Part shown: positions 12,157 through 25,100 of the stretch, one piece after another | Position numbering within the stretch: position 1 is the first letter of the stretch | How the letters are laid out: each line of letters opens with the position of its first letter | Notes under the pieces: generated by a model | Database searches by the model: none | Told to the model about the DNA's origin: nothing | What the model saw: only the letters and a program-made list of their open reading frames with translations | Source: Malacoraja senta | Taxonomy: Eukaryota | Reading direction: 5' to 3' | Assembly (NCBI GenBank): GCA_038087875.1 | Contig: CM075998.1 | Coordinates: 6,140,001-6,204,000 of the forward strand | DNA: 64,000 nt | Position numbers and translations under genes: made by a program

Positions 12157-12545
12157 CGCTAGAATTTAGGAGATTGAGAGGGGATCTTGTAGAAACGTAC
12201 AAAATTCTTATGGGGTTGGACAGGCTAGATGCGGGAAGATTGTTCCCGATGTTGGGGAAGTCCAGGACAAGGGGTCACAGCTTAAGGATAAGGGGGAAAT
12301 CCTTTAGGATCCTTTAGATGAGGAAAAACATTTTTCACACAGAGAGTGGTGAATCTCTGGAACTCTCTGCCACAGAGGGTAGTTGAGGCCAGTTCATTGG
12401 CTATATTTAAGAGGGAGTTAGATGTGGCTCCTTGTGGCTAAGGGGATCAGGGGGTATGGAGAGAAGGCAGGGATGGGATACTGAGTTGGATGATCAGCCA
12501 TGATCATATTGAATGGCCGAATGGCTTACTCCTGCACCTATTGGC
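12157..12545 (+). mobile_element. CR1/HER1 LINE 3' end
   Basis: LEFRRLRGDL..RTRGHSL..FFTQRVVNLWNSLP-type coding end plus 3'UTR; closely similar to 48130-48530. Confidence 0.9.
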
Positions 12546-12549
12546 TATG

Positions 12550-13100
12550 TAACATGGCAGAGATGAATATCCTCTGTACAATGAGCGGAACTGCATCGCC
12601 GAACCCGCCTTCTCTTTGTCATGTGTGTGACTGGCAGCGGGTGTGGGTCAATAGCAAAGGCCGGTGAGTTGAGTGAATGGACGCGCTCCTCGTTGCTTCC
12701 AGCGGAGAAGCGAGAAGCGAGAAGTGACACGGAACAATGAATGGGGCTAGAGAGTCCTTACTACACGGCGAGTGACACAGACAGGCAACACGCCGCTGAA
12801 ATGATCCCTGCCGGCTCATTTCCAACTGTTGGAAACCGACTTGCTCTGAGGACGGGGAGGAAGGGTTAAAAAAAAAACTTTCGGTTTGGGGAAAAAAACA
12901 AATCTTTTGGCAAGTCCCCCCCCCCCCCCCCCCCCCCCCCCACTTCTCAGAAGAAAGCGCTTGGACAAAGTTTTTGAAAAGTTTTGGGGGAAAGCGGACA
13001 CTGTTTTGGGAGTCGCCCACCCTGTGCCCCTCTCCCCGAGGGGGAATTAACACACAAAAGGGGATCTGTAGTTGGCTTCTCTCGGATTGTTCCGGATGAC
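12550..13100 (+). promoter_or_regulatory. Putative FMNL promoter / 5'UTR
   Basis: Non-repetitive, CpG-enriched stretch directly upstream of the ATG, with a long poly-C run at about 12916-12942; TSS not determinable. Confidence 0.5.
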
Positions 13101-13214
13101 ATGGGAAACACTGGAAGTCTGGATGTGCAGACGAATTTGAGTGGTCCAACCATGCCGCTGAAATTGCCAATGCCCGAACACTGCGAGCTGGAGGAAAGGT
13201 TTGCCATGGTTTTG
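13101..13214 (+). CDS. FMNL3: First coding exon of a formin-like protein (FMNL family; FMNL3 favoured, FMNL2 not excluded)
   Basis: Translates [38 protein letters not shown], matching the FMNL2/3 N-terminus (MGN..S...[17 protein letters not shown]). Strong Kozak gacATGg; phase-0 donor GTAAGT at 13215, where FMNL exon 1 ends; N-myristoylation motif G2..S6. The family call is strong; the paralog call is less sure. Confidence 0.88.
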
Positions 13215-13737
13215 GTAAGTGGACTTCTGACTTTTCATCAATGTCCTTTCCTTGTCGAGTGTGTCAGTTAGTGATCAGCCCTGGATTCTGTCCCCCCCAG
13301 ACCCTCACATTTGACTACACTCTCCCCTCTTTACCCACACTCCAGTACCGGTCACCATTTTCTAGCGAATTAAAGGGAAAGGGACTGGTTATTTATTGTT
13401 GCACTTTATTGCAAGGCGATGCGGTGCTGTCAGTGTTTGGGGATCCGCAGCTTCACTGGGACGGAGAGCTTCTTTCCCTCTCCTCTGACACTTTACCTTC
13501 AATCACGGAAGGAAGGCAGATGTTGGAAAGGAGAGCTATCCGCTCCCTGTGTGACTTGCTCCCTTCTCCAACTCAACCCCCCCACAACAGAAACAAAACC
13601 ACCAGCACAGTTTAATCACCGAGGGTCTTGGGGAAACGAGTCTGGGTTGAAATGGAAGCAGCATTTCTCCTTCCACTTGAATATTCTTGCTTTAAACAGT
13701 TATTGTCATGGTTAGAAGGAAGGAGGGGGCTTGTTTT

Positions 13738-13769
<32 letters not shown>

Positions 13770-14199
13770 GGCAACATCAAGTGTAAAGTCTGCATTGTGA
13801 GAGAGATATGTGAGTGAGTGAGCTGGTCCCTTGTGAAATAAATCTCGACCCCACACCCTCTCCCCTCGCTGTTGGAAGCGCCCAATACTTCGCAGTCTCT
13901 CTGAAAGATCTCCGGATGTGGTTCTGCAGTTCGACACAATCTCAACTCGGTAACAAAGTGGTCTACAGCCAGAGCTGTGCTGGGGGGGTGGGGGGTGGGG
14001 GGTGGGGGCAGAACTGAGCGCAATAACAGATGGGAGATGAGTGGGATCAGTGTAGCAGAACGGGTGCAGGTTGTCCGACTCGCCTTGGCTGCCACACCCT
14101 GCCACACCGATACCACTCATCTCCCATCTCCCGTCTTCACAACCTTGCAACTGACCATCCACCATCACCAAGTTCTTCAATTCTAAAATGAAAAAAATA

Positions 14200-14370
14200 G
14201 ACCGCACATCTGGTAACCTGAAATAAAAACGAAACGCCGGGAAACCTCAGCAGGTCAGGCAGCATCCGTGGAGAGAGAAACCGTGAATGTTTCTGGTCGC
14301 GACTCTCTCTGGTCGCGACCTTCTCTCTGGTCGCGACCTTCTCTCTGGTCGCGACCTTCTCTCTGGTCTC
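14200..14370. repeat. Penelope-terminus fragment with 18-bp tandem repeat (~4 units)
   Basis: ctcagcaggtcaggcagcatcc followed by (tctctctggtcgcgacct)n. Confidence 0.75.
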
Positions 14371-16989
14371 TTGTTCCTCCTCGATTTCACCATTGGCACC
14401 CGAGACCCTAATCTCTGCAATTCCCTCCTGAGGAATGGGGTTGAATGGCGGAGTCGACTTGATGGGCCGAACGGCCTCATTCTACTCCTATCACACGGTC
14501 TCATGGCCTGTGAAGCCCCCGGGACATTTTGCCATGTTGAAGGCATTAGATAAAGTGTAAGTTATTGAGGGAAACACTTGGGGTAACACATGAGTAAGCC
14601 CAGCCTTCTGCTTTCGGCTACATGAGCCCAGCAACCTTGCAGGATTTTTAACTGTGAGTATTAAGTAACGCAGACGGGATTGTTCCCCTGGGAGCCAGCA
14701 TGTACCAGATGGGCCAAATAACCTCTTCTGCGTCTTTCTAACTGAGTGAGAAAAATGCTACCTTGTGAATCTTCAGGATTCTTCCTTCTCCTTACTCCTT
14801 CTCTCCCCCCACCCCCCACCCCCACCCCCCCCCCCCCAACCTTGGCACTGTAAGTGAAACAGCAATCATCTATGGGAAGGCCACACTTCATTCAACAACA
14901 TTCAGGAATCTTTGGCTGATTTCCCCACTCGCCCCCCACCCCCAGCCCCTTACAGTCGAGATCGCAGCTCTGGGGGAGGGAGCCAAGGTCTGGCAGCTAT
15001 CGTGTGGAGTTTTGAAAGCTAGATAATTACTGGGTCTGTGCAATTGTTTCGGGGCTATTTAACACGCAGATTTAATTTCTCCCATTGAGCAGAAGGCAGG
15101 AGTGGGATCTGATTCCGAGTGTGGATCTGTTGCTTTGTATGCTTTCAATGGCCCCACGTTACTCTGTGATGTCAGTGGTTTCATGTTGGGCAGTGGGGCT
15201 GCCAGTTGTTTATTTAATACAAACCTGCATTTGTACAGCGCCTTAACCATCCCAAAGTTCTGCCTGCCAGAATCGAGTGCCAAGCCACGGCTAGGAAGCT
15301 GGGAGGTAGATTTCAAGAACCATCTGAATGGTGGAGAGGTTTGGGGAGAAAAGCTTGGAGGCTGGAGACCTCAAATGGGGGGGCCTTCTAGCTGGGGGGG
15401 GGGGGGAGAAGGAAAGAGTCAGCCTCACATCTTTCTCACTTATTCTGTCACAGACGGAGGCTATTGGGTTTGTGTCACTTCCCAGGGAGGCAATCTTATC
15501 AGTCCCATTCCTCCCAGAAGCCCTGCAACCTATTCTCTCTCGCGCACACTCATCAATATCCCTTTAAATCTACTCACTGTCAGCTGAGGTTTGGTAGCAC
15601 TGATCTCATCATTGCATCAGGAAGTTGTGGTTTACAATCTTCCACCGTGGAAGTCCAGACATCATCCAGACCAACGCTGTATCACAGCACTGTGAATGGA
15701 CATGTAGACTAAAACTGCACGTCACAGAAGGAATTCACATCCCATGACACCAGAGAAAAGCTGGATCATTCTCCCCAAAGTCCCAGCCAATATTAGTTCC
15801 CCGCACAGTTTGGATCACTGAACCATTTTACAGTCACGTTGCTTCCGTGGGAGCTTTCTGTGCCCAAGCAGCACAGTGGCACAGAGCCGTTTCCTCACAG
15901 GTCCAGGGACCCAGTTTCAATCTTGACCTTGTGTGCCCTCCATGTGGAGTTTGCCTGTTCTCCCCGTGACCATGTGGGTTTCCTCCCCCAATCAAAAGGA
16001 AGTGTAGGGGTGGTTCGTTAATTGCCCCATGTGTGTAGGTGAACAGTGAAATCTAGGGAGACTGATGGGGTCAAGCAAATGAGTAGGGGAATGGTATTGG
16101 TCTAAGACCCAATAGCCAACAATGTACGTTCTATGTTGCAAGGAAATATTTAACAAAGGGAGCACAATAGGTGAAGGCAACCATCCTCTGTGGTAGGAAC
16201 CGCAGATGCTGGTTTAAACCGAAGATAGACACAAAAAGTTGGATCAGGCAGCATCTCTGGGAGCGAAGGAATGGGCGACGTTTCAGGTTGAGACCCTTCT
16301 TCAGGTAATCATCCTGTCACACTTCTCCAGATGATGACCTGTAAAAGGCTTGCATTGATTTATTTGAAGAGGTTTGCAAAAGGGTCTGGTTTCCTTGTGT
16401 TCAGATAGTGGGTTGCCTTTGTCGAAGACCTTGATGGGGAGGTGTGCAGAGGGAGAATTCACTCAGAGCCTGAGAGAGCACCATCGGAAAAAAGAGGTGT
16501 GACAGGCTCCTGCAATTATATTGTGTTCGAGGTTGGTTTGTCTTGGATGCTGCATATTGAAGTGTCCTACATACCTTTACTGTACATGCCTTTCATCCAC
16601 AGCAGATAATTCATCTGGAATCAAATGAATTATCTGCTGTCCAGCTAAAATGTGCACTTTCTTGAGCCATAGTCAAGTGATCACCTTTTGGATAAACTGT
16701 GCATTGAGGCAGTGATCTCATTGCTCTATCAGTTGTGGCTCCATGGGTAATACTCTCATCTCTGAGCAATGCATCTCAGGTCCAACTGCAGAGAATTAGG
16801 CACAAAAGTCTCGCGCACACTTTGGTGCAGTGGTGAATTACTGCACCCTGAGATGAGACATTAAACCAAGATCCCACCTGATGTCAAAATCCTTGTTTTT
16901 CATTACTGTGAAGAACAGGAGAGTTATTTTATTCTCAATGTGTCAATGAACTGGCTTTTGATAGGTACTTCATTCTAGATCAAGGGTTG

Positions 16990-17272
16990 CAGGAAAGAAC
17001 TGCAGATGCTGGTTTAAACCGAAGATAGACCCAAAATGCTGGAGTAATTCAGCGGGACAGGCAGCATCTCTGGATAGAAGGAATGGGTGACGCTTCGGGT
17101 CGAGCCCTTCTTCAGTGTCTGAAGAAGAGTCTCGACCAGAAACATCACCCATTCCTTCTCTTCAGAGATGCTGCTGTCCCGCTGAATTACTCCAGCATTT
17201 TGTGTCTATCTTCATCTAGATCGAGTTTGATGATCGGTCTGAAGAAGGATCCTGGCCCGAAACGGCACCATG
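16990..17272. mobile_element. Fold-back Penelope mini-element plus an extra hammerhead-like motif
   Basis: Inverted arms meeting at cttcag-tgt-ctgaag (about 17110-17124); ggtctgaagaaggatcctggcccgaaac at about 17236. Confidence 0.8.
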
Positions 17273-17492
17273 TCTCTGGGGGGGGGTCACTGAGAAAAAA
17301 GGGGGACCCGGTTGGTGAGGGGAGGAAGGAGGAGGGGGGGCTGGTGTCAGTAGATAGGACTATTTCGGTGAACTTGTGTAACTTTGTCTGCCAGTCACGG
17401 GGTAACATTTGTCTGCTGCGTAGGTGAGGTGTGCTGTATGATTTCACCCAGTTGTACGCAAAACAAAGCATTTCACTGTACCTCAGTACATA

Positions 17493-19104
17493 CACTGCCC
17501 TCCATAATGTTTGGGACAAAGACCCATCATTTATTTATTTGTCTCTATACTCCACAATTTGAGATATGTAATAGAAAAAATCACATGGTTAAAGTGCACA
17601 TTGTCAGATTTTATTAAAGGGTATTTTTATACATTTTGGTTTCACCATGTAGAAATTACACCAGTGTTGATACATAGTTCTCCCATTTCAGGGCACCATA
17701 ATGTTTGGGACACATGGCTTCACAGGTTTGTAATTGCTCAGGTGTGTTTAATTGCCTCCTTAATGCAGTATAAGAGAGCTCTCAGCACCTAGTCTTTCCT
17801 CCAGTCTTTCCATCACCATTGGAAACTTTATTGCTGTTTATCAACATGAGGACCAAAGTTGTACCAATGAAAGTCAAAGAAGCCATTATGAGACTGAGAA
17901 ACAAGAATAAAACAGTTAGAGGACATCAGACAAACCTTAGGCTTACCAAAATCAACTGTTTGGAACATCATTAAGAAGAAAGAGGAGCATTGGTGAGCTT
18001 ACTAATCGCAAAGGGACTGGAAGGCCAAGGAAGTCCTCCACATCTGATGACAGAAAGATTCTCTCTATAATAAAGAAAAATCCCCAAACACCTGTCCGAC
18101 AGATCAGAAACACTCTTCAGGTGTGGATTTGTCAATGACCAATGTCCGCAGAAGACTTCATGAACAGAAATACGGAGGCTACACTGCAAGATGCAAACCA
18201 CTGGTTAGCTGCAAAAATAGGATGGCCATGTTACAGTTTGCCAAGAAGTACTTAAAAGAGCAACTACAGTTCTGGAAAAAGGTCTTGTGGACAGATGAGA
18301 CGGAGATTAACTTATATCACACTGTGAAGGCAGGAGGAGAGAAGGAACTGCCCAAGATCCAAAGCATACCACCTCATCCGTGAAACACGGTGGTGGGGGT
18401 GTTATGGCCTGGGCATTTATGACTGCTGAAGGTACTGGCTCACTTATCTTCATTGATGATACAACTGCTGATGGTAGTAGCATAATGAATTCTGAAGTGT
18501 ATAGACACAGCCTATCTGCCTCAAAACTCATTGGCCAGCGGTTCATTCTACAGCAAGACAATGATCCCAAACATACTGCTAAAGCAACAAAGGAGTTTTT
18601 CAAAGCTAAAAATGGTCAATTGTTGAGTGGCCAAGTCAATCACCCGAATCTGTACCCAATTGAGCATGCCTTTTATATGTTGAAGAGAAAACTGAAGGGA
18701 CTAGCCCCCAAAACAAGCATAAGCTAAAGATGTCTGCAATACAGGCCTGGCAGAGCATCACCAGAGAAGACACCCAGCAACTGGGGATGTCCATGAATCG
18801 CAGACTTCAAGCAGTCATTGTATGCAAAGGATATGCAACAAAATACTAAACATGACTACTTTCATTTACATGACATTGCTGTGTCCCAAACATTATGGTG
18901 CCCTGAAATGGGGGGACTATGTATAAACACTGCTGTAATTTCCACATGGTGAAACCAAAATGTATAAAAATGGCCTTTATTAAAATCTGACAATGTGCAC
19001 TTTAACCACATGTGATTTTTTAAAATTACAAACCTCAAATTGTGGAGTACAGAGGCAAATAAATAAATGATGAGTCTTTGTCCCAAACATTATGGAGGGC
19101 ACTG
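17493..19104 (+). mobile_element. Near-full-length Tc1/mariner DNA transposon, IR/DR type
   Basis: TA flanks at 17491-2 and 19105-6; ~220-bp TIRs each with two cataatgtttgggaca direct repeats; internal transposase. Confidence 0.95.
17846..18849 (+). pseudogene. Tc1 transposase, frameshifted
   Basis: MRTKVVPMKVKEAI..., GRPRK, VLWTDETE, QQDNDPKHTA, NLYPIEH: DDE catalytic motifs spread over several frames; ends ...TKY*. Confidence 0.9.
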
Positions 19105-20519
19105 TATAACAATAAAGTATCCCTGAATCATTGGATACTGCCTGACCCACTGAGTTATTCCAGCTTTTCTTGGTGAACCAGCATTTGCAGTTCCTTGTCT
19201 CTACTACTTGAAGATTTGTCATTCATTTGAGTGCACAAACATAGCTTTAGAACACAGGGTAAGAGGTTTAGAGGAGATTTGAAGAAGCACTTTTGACCCA
19301 GAGGGTGGTTAGAGTCTGTCGCACACTGCCTGAGTGGCTGGTGGAGGCAGTGACTCTCACAATGTTTAACAGGCATCTAGACCTAAATGGATGAGGCAGA
19401 GAAGGCCACGGATTACGTGGTGGTAAATAGGATTAGTATATATAGCTACTTGGTGGTCAGCATATAACCAGTGAGGCGAAGGGCGTGATTCTGTGCTGTA
19501 TCGATCCCATGCTGTCCTGGAAAATGTTCATCTCTCAATGACAGTCAGTAAAAGGCAGGTTGTATTTGTCCATGTCAACCTGCAGAATGTTTTCTGGGTG
19601 AACATTTCCTGCCGCATACTCTGCAGCAATTTAAACATATCTCACTGACTGTCAAGCACTTTTGGACCTCTGAAAGAGCGAAAAGAAATCTGTCATTTTA
19701 ATTACGACTGGCTTAAAAGCCATGGCTTGTCAGAATGTAGTTCTGATGACAAACGCAGGTGTTTCCTATGAGAGAGGGGTGGGTGGTTGGTTTTGTTTGA
19801 CCTTCCCCCTGGAGGTGAAGGATGCAAGCAGGAATCTGGGAAAGCGAGCAGCTTATTCTCTTGAAGGCTGATATATTTTGGATGCCTAAGATGATTTGAA
19901 GGATTGGACAGGGTAGGTCAAGAGGAACCCTTTCCTCTTGAGGGGGTAGATATCCAGAATAAAGATGGCACCACCTGTTATTCACTGTTTTGGGATGAAG
20001 TTCTTCTTCACAGTATGGATAGTGGAAATCTGGGAAACTTCCCCCCTTCCCTCATTCTCAATTCCCCAAACTAACAGTTGAGTGAAAATGTGGGTGCTTG
20101 TTCGTGGCAACATCTCTGTTCAACAAATGTGTGGTTCAGTTAAAAAATATCTGAACTACAATTTCCTTGCATAAAGATTAAAGAACCAAAGCAGGTTAAC
20201 GATGCAGTAGGTAGACACAAAATGGTGGAGTAACCCAGCGGGACAGGCAGCATCTCTGGAGAGAAGGAATGGGTGACGTTTTGGGTCGAGACCCTTCTTC
20301 CTAAAGATGCAGATCAACTTTGATCTAATCAAATAGTGGAACAGACTTGGAGTGGAGTGATTTCCTTGCTTCCTTAGATTTCAATTCCAGGGTCAGTTTT
20401 GTCAGTTTTGTTTGATGTATAAAAGTGGATTTGCTTTTTGAATGGTCATGCCTTCAGGCTCTTGAACACTGCACAACACTAACCACAACCTCAGCAACTA
20501 TGATCTACTAAGGACGTTG

Positions 20520-20950
20520 TTTAGTTCCATTTATTATTGTCACGTGTATCGAGATATACTGGAAAATATTTGCTTGCTTGCTCTCCAGTTAACGGAAACA
20601 TTATACGTGTACACAGTCAAGAGTCCACAGTGGCCAGACAAAGCAGACAAAGGATAATGCCTGCAACAATTAGTGTTAGATATAACATTGAAGTCTGATT
20701 AATGATAGTCCAAGGGTCTCCACAACAAGGTAGATGGGAGGTCAGGACCGCTCTCTAGTTGGTGAGAGGACGGTTCAGTTGCCTGATAACAGCCGGGAAG
20801 AAAATGCCCCTGAATCTGGAGGTGTGTGTGCGTTTGTTTTCACACTTCTGTACCTCTTGTCCGATGGGAGAGGGGAGAAGAGGGAGTGGCCGGGGTGAGA
20901 CTGGTCCTTGATGATGCTGCTCGCCTTGCCGAGGCAGCGTGAGGTGCAGT
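20520..20950 (-). mobile_element. Rex1/Babar LINE 3' fragment
   Basis: Reverse complement of the 21300-21720 type sequence (gttgcctgataacagccgggaagaaa..cctgaatctggaggtgtg). Confidence 0.75.
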
Positions 20951-21124
20951 TTTAACAGACTTTGGTTTTGATCTATTATGGTCCGTTCATCTAGTATTGA
21001 TTATTAATTTGTTGTATCATTGTCTATTTATTTGTGTTGTTATGTTCATTGGTCTATAAAGCTGCTGCAAGTACACATTAATGACCACATTGCTGTTACA
21101 TATGATAATAAACACTCTTGAACA

Positions 21125-21728
21125 CGACATGTCCCCTACAACTCTCATCAACTTCTACAGATGCACCATAGAAAGCATTTTATCGGGATGTATCACAGCT
21201 TGTTTTTTGGGAACAGCTCCATCCAACACCGCAAGAAATTGCAGCGAATTGTGGACGCAGCCCAGACCATCACTACAAACCAACCTCCCTTCCATTGACT
21301 CCATCTCACCTCACGCTGGCTCGGCAAGGCCAGCAGCATCATCAAGGACCAGTCTCACCCCGGCCACTCCCTCTTCTCCCCTCTCCCATCAGGCAAGAGG
21401 TACAGAAGTGTGAAAACAAACGCACACACACCTCCAGATTCAGGGACAGTTTCTTCCCGGCTGTTATCAGGCAACTGAATCATCCTACCACAACCAGAGA
21501 GCAGTGCTGAACTACTATCTACCACATTGGTGACCCTTGGACTATCTCTGATCGGACCTTGTTGGCTTTACCTTGCACTAAACGTTATTCCCCTATCATG
21601 TATCTATACACTGTAAATGGATCGATTGTAATCACGTATTGTCTTTCCGCTGACTGGTTAGCTAGCAAGCAACAAAAGCTTTTCACTGTACCTCAGTGCA
21701 CGTGACATTAAACTCAACTAAACTAAAC
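21125..21728 (+). mobile_element. Rex1/Babar LINE 3' end
   Basis: NFYRCTIESILSGCITA, LPSIDSI, SHPGHSLFSPLPSG, HTSRFRDSFFPAVIRQLN; (aacta)n tail. Confidence 0.9.
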
Positions 21729-21911
21729 TCTTGGTGAAGTCCCAGAGAATCCAATGCAATGTACAGATGTTGATGAGATGGAGGCTTTTCTCAAACGTAC
21801 ATTTTGAATTTAACACCTTATTGAGTCATCCAACTCCAGAACAAATCCTGTCCAAAACATATTGAATATTCTAAGTTAACAATGATATATTAGTATTCAG
21901 AGAACTATGTA

Positions 21912-22125
21912 TTCAGAACTGCCCCCTCCATCGACTCCTTTAAGTCAAGACTAAAGACTTATCTATACTCCCAAGCCTTTCTGACATCCTCTGAGCGAGG
22001 GCTGTATGTATATATGGATGTAGTTTGTTTGTTTATACTATTCTTATAACAAATGTAAAGCACTTTGGCCAACGAGAGTTGTTTTTTAAATGTGCTATAT
22101 AAATAAATGTGACTTGACTTGACTA
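21912..22125 (+). mobile_element. L2-clade LINE 3' end
   Basis: SIDSFKSRLKTYL coding end; tgtaaagcactttgg...tgtgctatataaataaa(tgact)n tail. Confidence 0.7.
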
Positions 22126-25100
22126 TGTGGATATTCCAGGATATTCATGCTATATACAGGCCACCTTCATCTTGCTCTGCTGACATGTACTTTTGTTTCA
22201 ATATTTTCATTCTGGTCACTGAAGGATTCCTTCAATTATTTACGTCCTATTGAAATGTTAGTGTCGCGGATCAATTGATCGATTTGTCACTGAACATTTT
22301 AGCTCTGTGGTTGAGTGTTTTAAAGTGATGAAAGGAGGGTGAATGGAGGTGGAAGCGGACAGTTCCTGGTGGTCGAGCTTCTAGAATAAGGGAGCCGAGC
22401 TCCCAGATGACATTTAGAATTGGCAGAATGAGCAACATTGTGGTGAAGAGTTTTCAATGTCTGTGGTCTTCACTTCTCAGGTAAGTGGTTGAGACGGAAG
22501 CTATTGCCAAATGTCAAGGTTCGGTTTAAAACTGGGTCCTCGGAATGAGCAAGTGTGTATCTCCATTTCTAACTACAGGCCGTTGTATCCATTTCAATCC
22601 TGAGGCAGCACACAAGTGGAAACTCCCTCTCAGCATGTGTGGCTGTGTAATGGGGCAGTAATGGGCCTGCTTTCTGATAGGCCATAATCTCCTTACTGGG
22701 ATTGTATTACTATGTAGTGAAAGTAATTCCATGAGGAGAGGGCGCAGTCCTTGGTCACTGTGTTGTTATTACACTTGAACTCAGTCTTTGGAGCAGCAAG
22801 ACTTTCCTTCTTGGTTGCATTTGTGGAACAAGAAACAGTTAACATTTCAGTCAAAGCCATGTCAACTCTTCCTCTTTCATTGGCGCTGCTTGATCTGCTG
22901 AGTATTTCAAGCATGTTATGCTTTTTAACTTCAGATTTCCCGAATTTGTCTTCTTTTTCATTTGCCACATTCTCAGGTCCTTATAATGAATTCCAGCCTT
23001 TTGCTGCCAGCTGATGGGAGAGTAATTTGCTAATCGTTTCCTATGTTGTCACTCCCTCCTTTCATAAATATCGTTGTTACATTTGCCACCTTGGGATTAT
23101 TGCAGATGATCATCACTAATGCATTTCCCACTTTTCCAACTACACATTTAGAATTCTGGGATGCAAGCCATCAGATATCGGGGATCACCATTTAATAACC
23201 CCCTCAATATTTCCAGTACTTTCTCTTGAGGGATATTGATTAAGTTAGTCATAGAGTCTTACAGCATGGAAACAGGCCCTTCAGTCCACTTGTCCACACA
23301 CACACACACCAACATGTCTACACTAGTCCCACCTGCCCATGTTTGGCCCATATCCTCTAAACTTGTCCATTCCATGTTCCTCACTGTAATTAGATATTGT
23401 CTATGTTACATCTATTTGTCTTCACTCAAGACATGATATAAGATACGTTTTATCTCAAGTATACGAGACTTTTCTTTATTTTTCTATAATTATGGAAGAT
23501 TTTGAATTTTGCTACTTCATTACCATTTTAATATCATTTTTTTTGCTGTTTTTATTATTTTTTGTTAGCTTTTGCTGCTTCTAAAATCCTCATATTTTCT
23601 TATCTTGACAACATTGTAAACATCTTCTTCTAATCCTAATAGTATACTTAACCTTCTCAGTTCTCCAGGATGGATCACTTTTGCTATCGAGATTTTATTT
23701 CTTAATTCCCAATGAGCGTATATTCCACTGTGAAATGTTTCTCAATGTTTGCCATTATTTATCCACTGGGAAAGCTCCTCCAAATTTAGCTCGTTATGTA
23801 ATTGGCTTTGTTTGAGATAAGTCGTTTATTTTTAACTAAATTGTATCCCTCGCAAACTGAATTTAAACAATCCCTCATTTTGTTCTCACTGTTCCTAGAG
23901 GATCCTTTGCTCTGCAATAGACACAAAAAGCTGGAGTAACTCAGCGGGGCAGGCAGCATCTCTGGAGAGAAGGAATGGGTGACGCTTCGGGTCGAGAACC
24001 TTCTTCAGATTTTGTGTCTATCTTCGGTTTAAGCCAGCATCTGCACTTCCTTCCCACACATTTCCTTTGCTATGCAAATACTGATTCATTGCAGACAAGA
24101 TTTTAAAATAACCTGTTCCTGGTTGCTTCCATCACGTGTTGTTCCAGGGGCCAGTCCCAAATTCATCTGACCTATTCTCCAGACTTGTATTGTCAATTTG
24201 CCTTGTTCAGTTCAATGCCTAACACTTATTTGCTTCAAATGTATTTGTGAATGAATTCTCTCTCTAATCGTGTTGCTACAATTAAGGGATGTAAACCATT
24301 ATGACCAATGCCGGTTGACCCAAGTTGTCTCTTCACTCAAGACCAAACAGTTCCTACTTCCTTTTCATCGCAGACAAGGTCACTTTTAATTAAATCGTTT
24401 CCTTCTATCATCAGAGATAACTTTGTCCCTATCCGCCCCCCAATCTTCTTTCCAACCCTCTCCTTACCAATGTCAAGTACCCTGGTTTGTTTAATGACTA
24501 GCCTTGGTCACTATGGAGCCACATTCCTGTATCTGCTTCTATCTACGATTGGCAGTAGTTCACATTTCTTGTTTAGAAGGAACCGCAGATGCTGGAAAAT
24601 CGAAGGTAGACAAAAGTGCTGGAGAAACTCAGCGGGTGCAGCAGCATCTATGGAGCGAAGGAAATAGGCAACGTTTCGGGACGAAACCCTTCTTCAGACA
24701 TATCTTGTTCACATATCTTGAGCTTCTCAAATTCAAATCTAGTGCCTTCAACATTTTTGCGTTTTATTTTGATGTGACATAGATTCAGAATGTGTCAATG
24801 TTCTGCCTTCCTGTCATGCTGCATATTATCACTTTCCTCTAAAGCCTTGTCCTGTTTTTTTTCTGTAATTTTCCCACCTGAACCCATCAAGTATTTTTAG
24901 TTGAAAGCCCATCTCCAGCCTAATTCTTTTATTCATCAGCATCCAGTCACAAACTACCTTTAAGTGGAGCTCATCCCAGTGGAATAGTTCCCTCTTTACA
25001 GGACTTGTTCCACCGTTCCTTGAATTGAAAACTTTTCCTTTGATCCACTGAACTCTCAACCATGCACCCAGCTGCCTAACCTGTTGAATCTGCCTCCAGT

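Noticed and set aside
12984..13271. 95-aa ORF as a complete gene
   Set aside because: Only 13101-13214 matches FMNL; the upstream start is non-ATG and the downstream part reads through the splice donor
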